From Isurus oxyrinchus (Eukaryota), in the NCBI GenBank assembly GCA_026770705.1, contig JANJGN010000001.1:182900001-182964000 (forward strand): 64,000 nt of DNA, in the 5' to 3' direction. Positions 13,901 to 23,742 of this stretch are shown here, in pieces. Every line of letters starts with the position of its first letter. Positions within the stretch are counted from its first letter, which is position 1. The notes under the pieces are model-generated. The model searched no databases and was not told the DNA's origin. It worked only from the letters and a program-made list of their open reading frames with translations. Position numbers and translations under genes: made by a program.

Positions 13901-14352
13901 TACATACAGTTTTTTCTCCCTTTTGTTGTCGCAGAGTTGCCAAGGGTTATAGCGTTAATTGCATAATATAAATATTCAGGTTAATGTGCATGTGCTACTA
14001 AGACTATATTTAACAATAAAAAGTGCCTAAAATCTTGCAAATATCCACATCTAAAATGAAAGCAATCGCGTTCTTTGCCAGGCAAGCTGTAAAACCTATA
14101 AGTTTAATGAAAATAGACTCCACTCTCAGGATTATAGCAACATTCGCTTATCTTTAGAACTACACTGTTGCCGCTTGCTTATAAAATCTTATTCCAAAGG
14201 CTGAATATTAAAACGCACTTATGCTATGCTTATCTTTCCCTTCAGCAAGAGGGCGAGAGTTACAATAGACAATCCGTCACAAAACACTGCTGTATTTCAA
14301 CTTTGCCATGCAGCATAGAAACACGCTGGGAAAGAGCGTCAGCTCCGGAGCA

Positions 14353-14372
14353 ATCCCGCCATCTAGTGGACT
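14353..14372 (-). promoter_or_regulatory. CTCF-binding motif candidate
   Basis: Minus strand CCACTAGATGGCGG (14356-14369) matches the CTCF core CCASYAGRKGGCRS. Confidence 0.6.
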
Positions 14373-15169
14373 GGACGGGACAAGCACAATTATGTTCAAT
14401 CGAAAGAGAAAATCTGCAGTCTAATGTTGCCCCCTAACGATGCAATGTTACAAATTTAAGAAAACGCCTGTATTTTTTTCCCTTTACGCGGGTACTCTGA
14501 AAATATTCTGTGATCTATATTGTGAATCCCTAACAAATAATAATCTCTTGGGGAACTATGTAATTTTGACTCAAAGATTTAGTGTAGATCTCGCAATTTT
14601 TATTAAAAAATCAAATCAAATTTGACTACATTTAATCCAGCAAACATAATCAATCTCTAAATGTTTTCCTATATCACTATCATTTATTTTCTTAAATTAC
14701 TTTGTTGGAATCATTTATAAATGAGTTTCGTTTACAGTTTAACGTGAGAGGGATATCCTTGGACTCCAATTATGTGTTTGAGTTCCTCCTACTGGACAAG
14801 TACAGTATAGCAGCTCGGTTAAAGGAGGCATTTTCACACCCGAGAAAATTACAGCCTGCGGGAAATCGTCCAACAGTAGAGAACCGCTGAACTGTTAAAG
14901 GTTGTGAAAGTATTTTCGTCACAGAATCTAAATATTTACTGTTGTTACATTTGAATAATTGGATTTGATGTTCTATAAGGACCTGGACTACACCCTTAGT
15001 ATCAATAGACGATGGCGCTTTTAAAATATGGCGTTCCAGTGGCCTGGAATTATAATTATCGTAGTGTACTGACGTAGATTGAAACTACCCAATATAGGGA
15101 GATCTCACAAACTCAGGAGTCAGATTGTCAACCTGATTCCAAAGCTGTACTGTGAATTAGACAAGACTT

Positions 15170-15350
15170 AACCAATGTGACTAAAACAGACCATCTACTC
15201 GTTTATCACACCACTTTGTGGGACATTGTTATGCACAAATTGGTTGTTGTGTTTCCCAACTTTGCAGCACTGATTACTCTTCCAAAGTATTTCACTGCTT
15301 GTGAAGCATACGGGGACATCTTGAAGTCATGAACATGCAATATAAAAGTT
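15170..15350 (+). mobile_element. Old Deu-domain SINE fragment (SacSINE1/AmnSINE1-like 3' part)
   Basis: actaaaacag...tttgtggga...gcacaaattgg...gtttcc...aagtatttcact...gtgaagc...gggac...tataaa resembles the remembered DeuSINE consensus. Confidence 0.6.
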
Positions 15351-16107
15351 GAGATGTTTATTGAAAGGCCCTGCACAGTGCCAACCTAATATATATGAAT
15401 GTCCAAAAGAGGACTGCACCTAGTTTAGAACTAATTGGCGTGTTTAGTCAGAAAGGCAACAGATAAAGCTGTATTTGGGAGGCAGAAGCAGCACGCTGAT
15501 AGAATTGGGGTTTACATGGGCTGGAAGATGACCAGTTAAAGGGCTGCGTCAAATCTATATTAGTGATGATGGCTTAAGCTGAAAACTTCAAGGCAATGTG
15601 CGATTTTGAGAATTAACAATGGGAAGCATTTCAGCTACACAACACCATTTAAGTTTTTCATTATACTTATGTGAAGCACCTTGGGATGATTTACCACATT
15701 AAAGCCATTTAAATGCAAGTTGTTGTTGTTCATCAAGTGGAAGGCTGTAATGGTTATAGATTTATTCAGCTATATACAATACATAGACCAAATGAGAAAA
15801 TATAGATTTGTATTTGCAGCATTTAGAATTACACAGCTGTGGCAGCAATTTAATTTAATGGAAATTAAACCAGTTTTGAGTGAAGATTTTCTCCATGTAA
15901 TGAAATCATCAACCTATTTTTAAAAATGTATTTCCAATCTTGCTACATAAAGCTCGCAGAGAAAGTCTTCTCTCGTTTAAGAATATGTTGAAGTTAGTTA
16001 ATTAGCCCCATTCAAGCAATATCACAGGACTGTGCTACAATTTTGTGTAGTTCCAATAAAAGCCTTTATGATGAAAGCCTTTTTTTCCCCAATTGTAGAT
16101 ATGTGTA

Positions 16108-16338
16108 AAACAAAAACAGAATTACCTGGAAAAACTCAGCAGGTCTGGAAGCATTGGTGGAGAAGAAAAGAGTTGACGTTTCGAGTCCCCATGACCCTGA
16201 GTTCTTTTGAAGGGTCATGAGGACTCGAAACGTCAACTCTTTTCTTCTCCGCCAATGCTGCCAGACCTGCTGAGTTTTTCCAGGTAATTCTGTTTTTGTT
16301 TCGGATTTCCAGCATCCGCAGTTTTTTGTTTTTATCTC
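16108..16338. mobile_element. Palindromic Penelope-like pLTR insertion, subfamily A
   Basis: Two inverted copies of the PLE 3' end; 14-bp TSD TGTAGATATGTGTA (16094-16107, 16339-16352). Confidence 0.92.
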
Positions 16339-16649
16339 TGTAGATATGTGTACACTTGCCACAATGCATGGCTGTTCTGATTGACCCATAATATGTTAAT
16401 TTAATGCTACAAACCTGTATCTAGATCTTTCCTCTACTGAAGCTGGAACATGATAAATGCAATGTTCATGGGTGTTACTATTAAATATGTTAGGTTTAAT
16501 ATTGTTCAAGGTTGCACTGTTTTTAGAGTATGGGCTCTAGCACATTGAGGACTTGGAGACACATTTTAGACTGTTGGAGGCAAAATCTGCCTCAGAGCCC
16601 TGAGAATAATAATGCTGTTTGGCTTCATATATTCACAACATTACATTTG

Positions 16650-16969
16650 TATTCTCAGAATCTCCTTTTCCTATTAGAAGCACATTCAATCTGCTACATT
16701 AATTCTCAACATAACCTTGAATATCAGGAGAGAAAAGGGATTCAGAGAATTCACTTATTTGCCTTCCATTCTTTCTAGAAACATGCAGTCTAACCCTATC
16801 CAGAAAGAAACTGAAAAACAAACAGGCAGAAAAAATTGGGTGGGCACTTAAAGGAAATAAACTTGTAGGGTAATGGTGATAGGGTGAGGCATTGAAACTG
16901 AGTGGATTACCCCAGATGTTTAGACTCAACGCACCAAAAAGCCTCCTTCGATGCCATATAAGACTCCAT
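16650..16969 (+). mobile_element. Degenerate CR1 3' fragment
   Basis: Ends gcctccttcgatgccatataagactccat, a CR1-type 3' UTR and tail. Confidence 0.55.
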
Positions 16970-17480
16970 GAGCTGGATTTAATGGAAGTGACGGGGTCTT
17001 GCCCGCTGGCTGGAGGGCTCCTCTTTTAGGGGAAGACCATCTGTACTTTGTGCCACTCAGGTACTTAAGTGAACACCAGTGGGCCCTTCCCTGGGGAAGG
17101 CCTGCCTATCAAAAAGCTGCCTTCTGTTAAACAGCATCACCATGGGGGAGGTTGTGGCTGGTGCCAGTAGTTCACCCACCCGAGGCCTAGGATCATGGAT
17201 CCCAAGCTACAGGTGAGTGATGGCAGAAGGAGCGGTTGCAGGGTGAGGGTCACAAGGGGGGGAAGGGTCAGCAGTAAGGGCAGAGGAGTGGTTCTCAGTG
17301 GCCTCCACTTCTGGAAGCCATGTCCCTCGATCAGTCTTTAAACAAGTGACCACCCACTGGGAGCCTCCCAGAAGCCCCACACAGGTTTCCTTGTCATGCT
17401 CCCCAAATGGCGAGCCATCCACTCACTGCTGGGTTAATACCAGCAGCACTGGGATGAGACCCTTAAGTGGATATTAATTG
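16970..17480 (+). mobile_element. Left part of a non-autonomous Harbinger-type element
   Basis: Starts gagctggatttaatgg; homologous in inverted orientation to 30559-30864. Confidence 0.55.
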
Positions 17481-19149
17481 GAATCCTATGTGTCCCTTGA
17501 AGACACCACAAGCTCAGGCTTAAGAGCTGAGGTAACCCAGTTTGCTCATTTAAACTCTAAGTTTGATGAGGCAGAGGTGGAAGCCTTCTTTATCTCTTTC
17601 GTGGGGTAAACACATCAGTTAAAGTGGCCAGTCCAACAATACTGCAGAGTAAGCTTTCAGGGAAGGCTCAAGAGGTTTACTGCCTCTTACCTGAGGAAAG
17701 TGCCACTGACTTTGAGGCATCAAAAAGGGCTATTTTAAGTGCACACCACCTAGTGCGAGAGGTGTACCATCAGAAATTCAGTATCCTTAGGAAATGACCT
17801 GACCAGACGTACTTGGAATTTGAAAGGCTTAAGCAACTTTCTTTTGACCACCAAGTGCAGCAGAAGCCACTTACAAAAACCTCCATGAAATAATTCCTCT
17901 TGAGGAACTTAAAAACTCCATGCCCTTCTCAATAAGAAGATATCTAGAGGAGCAGTGGGTAACGGGCCAGGCAGCCACACTGGCTGATGATTATGAGTTG
18001 ATCCACAAACCTTTATCTCAGAAGAGACCCTCCCCTAGTCATCTCCAACCAGCTGGAAAGGATAGAGTTGGAGAGAGTGATAGGAAACTGAGCACCCATG
18101 GGAGAGAGGGAAATGCTGGGGGTCCTCCTCAGGACATGAAGGGTGGTGCTGGGATGAAAAGTGAGGCCAAGAAGCCTGTGTGTTTTAACTGCCAAAAGGT
18201 AGGGGACCTCCAGGCCAACTGCTAGAGGGTACAGGAAAAATCAGTGGGATTTATCGGGCCACATACACTCTGTGCAGAGAATGGGAATCAGTCAGACAGC
18301 ATAGCAGTCCAGGCTATGCTCTGACTGTAGCTGCAAATCCCTGTAGATGCACTTCTGAGATTGTGGGTGAAGGAAACAAATTCCTGAGAGTTACAGGGAT
18401 TTTATATCTGAAGGAAGGGTGGCCACATTTCCTCGGAGTGAGGCGAGTAAGCCTGTAGTAATACTGAGGGATTTAGGGGCCAACCAGACTCTACTGCTGG
18501 GAAAAGGCATGACCTTCCCACCAGAGAGTGCAATAAGTGCCAAGGTGCTGGCAAAGAGGATTGAAGGAGGGTACATGCCTATCCCCATATACCAGGTGCA
18601 TCTGGAGTGTGACTTTGTGTCAGGACCAGTGATTGCAGGAGTCATGCCCAGTTTGCCTGTGGATGGGGCCGATCTGCTCCTCAGCAATGATCAAAGGTAA
18701 TAGCATCCCCAGTGGTCTCAGAGAAGCCCTCTGAAGTTAGAGAGACAGAACAGCTGCAGGAGAAAGTGCCTGGCACTTTCTCTGACCGTGTGGCAATTTG
18801 ACCCACTTAAAAACATTAGCTCAGACTGCCCACACTGAAGCTGAGGCAGAAGCAGTCCCTCAATGCTACCACATTAAAAATGAGGTGCTAATGAGGAAAT
18901 GGAGACCCCTTCACAGACTTGGAAACAAGGAGTGGACAGTGATCCACCATGAAGTGGTGCCACTGAGGTACCGTAGGGAAATATTATGGCTCGTTCATGA
19001 AATTCTGATAGCTGGGCATGTCAGCATACACAAGCCCGCATCAGTCAGCATTTTTAAAGACTACACCTCCACAGGGATGTAGTGAGGTTTTGCAGAACCT
19101 GCCACACCAGCCAGGTTGTAGGAAACACCAACATGCAATAAGACTTGCA

Positions 19150-20254
19150 TAGTGTATTGAGATGGATAGAAAATTGGTTGGCAGACAGGAAACAAAGAGT
19201 AGGAATAAATGGGTCTTTTTCCGTGGGGTACCACAGGGATCGGTGCTGGGACCCCAGCTATTCACAATATATATTAATGATTTAGATGAGGGAATTAAAT
19301 GTAATATCTCCAAATTTGCAGATGACACAAAGCTGGATGGGAGGGTGAGCTGTGAGGGGGATGCAGAGAGGCTTCAGGGTGACTTGGACAAGCTGAGTGA
19401 GTGGGCAAATGCATGGCAGATGCAGTATAATGTGGAGAAATGTGAGGTAGCAAAATGTTTGGTAGCAAAAACAGGAAGGCAGATTATTATCTGAATGGCT
19501 ATAAATTGAGAGAGGGGAATGTGCAACGAGCCCTGGGTGTCCTCGTACACCAGTCGTTGAAAGTAAGCATGCAGGTGCAGCAGGCAGTAAAGAAGGCAGA
19601 TGGTATGTTGGCCTTCATAGCCATAGGATTCGCGCACAGGAGCAGGATGTCTTGCTGCAATTATACAGGGCCTTTGTGAGACCACACGTGAAATATTGTG
19701 TGCAGTTTTGGTCTCCTTATCTGAGGAAGGATGTTCTTGATATAGAGGGAGTGCAGTAAAGGTTTACCAGACTGATTCCTGGGATGGCAGGACTGACAAA
19801 TGAGGCAAGATTGAGTCAGTTAGGATTATATTCGCTGGCATTCAGAAGAATGAGGGGGGATCTCATAGAAACCTATAAAATTCTAACAGGACTAAACAAG
19901 GTAGATGCAGGACGGATGTTCCCGATGGTGGGGGAGTCCAGAACCAGGGGTCACAGTCTGAGGATATGGGGTAGACCATTTAGGGCTGAGATGAGGAGAA
20001 ATTTCTTTACCCAGAGAGTGGTGAGCTTGTGGAATTCACTATCACAGAAAGCAGTTGTAGCCAAAACATTGTATGTTTTCAAGAAGGAGTTAGATATAGC
20101 TCTTGGGGCGAAAGGAATCAAAGAATATGGGGAGAAAGCAGGAGCAGGCTATTGAGTTGGATGATCAGCCATGATCATAATGAATGGTGGAGCAGGCTCG
20201 AAGGGCCGGATAGCCTACTCCTGCTCCTATTTTCTGTGTTTCAATATTTCTATG
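19150..20254 (+). mobile_element. 5'-truncated CR1 inserted in the Gmr1 integrase
   Basis: GVPQGSVLGPQLFTIYINDL, KFADDTKL, RMRGDLIETYKI; tttctatg tail. Confidence 0.95.
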
Positions 20255-21032
20255 AACCGACAATTCCCGTGGCGGCTTTTGGGGAACCATTCAGCAAGGT
20301 GCTCGTGGACTGTGTGGAGCCCCTCCCAAAACAAAAGGGGGCCACCAGTATATCCTTACCATCATATACGTGGCTCCCTGCTGTCCAGAGGCTGTTCCCC
20401 TGAGAACCATATCTGCCAAAACAGTGATTGGGAATGAACCCACTTCTTTACCAGGTATGGTCTGCCCACCAAGATCCAGTCGTATCAGGGCTCAAATTTC
20501 ATGTCCAAAATATTCCAGGAAGTCATGGGTAACCTGGGTATGACCCAGCTGAAGTCTTCAGTGTATCACCTGCAGTCACAGGGGGCACTAGGATGGTACC
20601 ACCAGACCCTAAAAACAATGATCATGGCATACTGCCATGAGTATCCCTATGACTGGGATAAAGGACGAAGTTTTCTTCTGTTCACTGCCAGAGACTCACT
20701 CAATGAGTCCACCGATTTTACTCCATTTGAAAAAGTTTATGGGCACCAAGTGCCAGGGCCTCTGAACCTAATCAAGGAGAGGTTTTTTGAACAGAAGGAG
20801 GAAGTCTCCATGTAGACTATGTAACAGTGTTCCAGGAGTGACTCATGAGAGCCAGTGAACACTTGAAAATCTCCCAGACATCTGTGAAAAAACAGGCAGA
20901 TAAACATGCTAGAGCACAAACCTTTCAGGAGACTATGTGTTAGTGCTCCTACGAATATCAGATGAACCTTTAAAAGCATGGTTCAGTAGCCCGTACAGAG
21001 TAGCAATGAAGCCAGGGGAAGTAAACTATCTA

Positions 21033-22178
21033 CAGAATTACCTGGAAAAACTCAGCAGGTCTGGCAGCATCGGCGGAGAAGCAAAGAGTTGACGTTTCGA
21101 GTCCTCATGACCCTTCGACAGAACTTGATTTTGAGTCCAAGAAAGAGTTGAAATATAAGCTGGTTTAAGGTGTGTGTGTTGTGGGGGAGGAGAGAGAGAG
21201 AGAGACAGAGGTGCTTGTGTAGACAAACAAGCAGTGATAGAAGCAGATCATCAAAAGATGTCAGTGACAATGGTGCAAAAGAACACATAGGTGTTAAAGT
21301 TAAAGTTGGTGATATTATCTAAACGAATGTGCTAATTAAGAATAGATGGTAGGGCACTCAAGGTACAGCTCTAGTGGGGGTGGGGGGAGCATAAAAGATT
21401 TTAAAATATTTAAAAATAATGGAAATAGGTGGGAAAAGAAAAATCTATAAAATTTATAGGGAAAAAAAAGGGAAAAAAGGGGGAAACAGAAAGGGGGTGG
21501 GGATGGGGGAGGGAGCTCACGACCTAAAGTTATTGAATTCAATATTCAGACCTTACAGCCTTCCGGTCTGAATATTGAATTCAATAACTTTAGGTCGGAA
21601 GGCTGTAAGGTCTGAATATTGAATTCAATAACTTTAGGTCGTGAGCTCCCTCCCCCATCCCCACCCCCTTTCTGTTTCCCCCTTTTTTCCCCTTTTTTTT
21701 TCCCTATAAATTTTATAGATTTTTCTTTTCCCCCCTATTTCCATTATTTTTAAATATTTTAAAATCTTTTATGCTCCCCCCACCCCCACTAGAGCTGTAC
21801 CTTGAGTGCCCTACCATCTATTCTTAATTAGCACATTCGTTTAGATAATATCACCAACTTTAACTTTAACACCTATGTGTTCTTTTGCACCATTGTCACT
21901 GACATCTTTTGATGATCTGCTTCTATCACTGCTTGTTTGTCTACACAAGCACCTCTGTCTCTTTCTCTCTCTCCTCCCCCCCCCCACACACACACCTTAA
22001 ACCAGCTTATATTTCAACTCTTTCTTGGACTCGAAATCAAGTTCTGTCGAAGGGTCATGAGGACTCGAAACGTCAACTCTTTTCTTCTCCGCCGATGCTG
22101 CCAGACCTGCTGAGTTTTTCCAGGTAATTCTGTTTTTGTTTTGGATTTCCAGCATCCGCAGTTTTCTTTGTTTTCATC
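21033..22178. mobile_element. ~1.15 kb palindromic Penelope-like insertion, subfamily A
   Basis: Near-identical inverted arms 21033-21552 and 21609-22133; 15-bp TSD GAAGTAAACTATCTA (21018-21032, 22179-22193). Confidence 0.95.
22040..22078 (+). ncRNA. Minimal type I hammerhead-like motif in the PLE pLTR, with non-canonical core
   Basis: agtt-CTGTCGA-a-gggtc/atgag/gactc-GAAA-cGTC-aact: stem I agtt/aact, stem II hairpin, GUC triplet; further copies near 16200, 21090(-), 23810(-), 27070(-), 28505, 53815(-). Confidence 0.6.
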
Positions 22179-23742
22179 GAAGTAAACTATCTAACTGACA
22201 CCCCAGATCAGGGGAAAAAAGCAATGGCTGTGTCATGTTAACGTGATAAACCTATAAGGAAATAAGCAGGTAACAGTCTGTTCCAATGCCAAAAGTAGCA
22301 GTGGGGATGAATTGGAGGGGGACATAGGTGAGGCCCACATTGTACGCGCCCCCCCCCCACCACCCCTCACTACCTGACCAACCAACACCGAGATACTAGC
22401 AAGCATAGACTCCTTATTCACCAACCTAAGTGTAGAACAGTGAGGAGACTGGATGATGCTGCTCACTGCATTTAACAGCTTATGCAGAGACAAGCCAGGC
22501 TGCGCCACACTAGCTCTACATGATGTGGATGTGGGAGAGATCCCTCCCATAATCCAACATGCCTATCATCTAGGCCCGAAAAGTTGGCCTAGGTTTGGGA
22601 GGAGATTAACTACATGCTGGAGCAACAACTAATAGAGCCTAGCAGCAGTAGCTGGAGACCCTCAGTGTCCCCCAGCTACCTTTCAAAGGCTGATGAGCCA
22701 GGTAGTGGCAGGTTTATCCAATTGTGTATTGTACCTAGATGACCCCCTAGTGTACAGGAACACCTGGGAAACTCACTTAACAACTGGAAGCCCTCTTCCA
22801 GAAAGTACAGTCAGCTGACCTAGTGGTCAATCTTGCAAAGAGTGAGTTCGCTAAGGCTCAGGTGACCTATCTAGGACACGTAGTGTGTCAAGGACAAACA
22901 CTGTCCAGAGCTGCAAAGGTACAAGCAGTGGCACAGTCCCCCATTCCCACAAATAAACTGGAAATCATGAGGTTCTTGGGTATGTGTGGGTTCTACCATA
23001 AGTTTGTCCCAAACTTCAGCACAGTAGCCACCCCACTGACAGGCCTACTACAGAAAAAAAACAAAGGTAGTATGCACTGAGAAATGCCAGACAGCTTTCG
23101 AAAAGCTGATATTCATTTTAATAGGTGAGCCTGTGCTTGCAGCTCTGAAATTTAACCAAGCATTTAAAGTAGCCATTGATGCGAGTAACATTCGGCAATG
23201 GGCTCAGGAATAGAGACATCAATCTGGTACTTCTCCAAAAAATTAAACAAGTATCAGAAACAGTACCACACATTGGAGAAGGAAACCGTCGGTGTGTTAT
23301 TGGCTCTCAAACAACTTGAGCTATATGTCTGAAATAGATACAGAGAGATCACAGTCTGTACTGACCATAACCTGTTAACTGTTGTGGAAAAGTTTAAGAT
23401 CCAGAATGCCAGGTTATTCCATTGGGGTTTGTTTCTCCAAGTGTAACACCTGAAAATCACTTACGTTGCCGGGAAATCAAATATGAATGCAGATGCCCTG
23501 TCCAGAACTTAAAGAGACCCAGTTAGAACTGAAAAGATAATATTGACCAAAGCTAGGAGAATGGAGAATGAATGAGTGTGTATGCGTGTGTGCATGTGCG
23601 TGTGCATCTGTTCAGTTCATTCGTGATGCAGGACAAGTGTCATGAAAATCCAATTACTGCCACAAATTATCTATTGGCATATTAAATTTTTTAAAGGAAG
23701 ACTTGTGTGTTTTTAGGGAAATACATGCAAGGACACTGAGCA

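Larger units (their letters stand above)
6280..15050. other. Transposon-free, CpG-retaining unique region, probably a cis-regulatory landscape
   Basis: No recognisable TE over ~8.7 kb; CpGs visibly more frequent than in other unique parts of the window; dense homeodomain/Sox/TCF-like motifs; no credible ORF. Confidence 0.6.
17480..23637 (+). mobile_element. Decayed Gmr1-type Ty3/Gypsy internal region, order gag-PR-IN-RT-RNaseH
   Basis: Zn knuckle CFNCQKVGDLQANC (~18180); protease ILRDLGA (~18460); IN HEILIAGH, FSKVLVDCVEPLPK and YHLQSQGAL (19000-20800); RT YLDD (~22732) and VNLAKSEFAKAQVTYLGHVV; RNaseH DHNLL and ADALSR (~23500); many stops and frameshifts. Confidence 0.9.

Noticed and set aside
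6280-15050. Known miRNA or homeobox exon in the unique island
   Set aside because: No mature miRNA or homeodomain peptide recognised by eye; short exons cannot be excluded without a search
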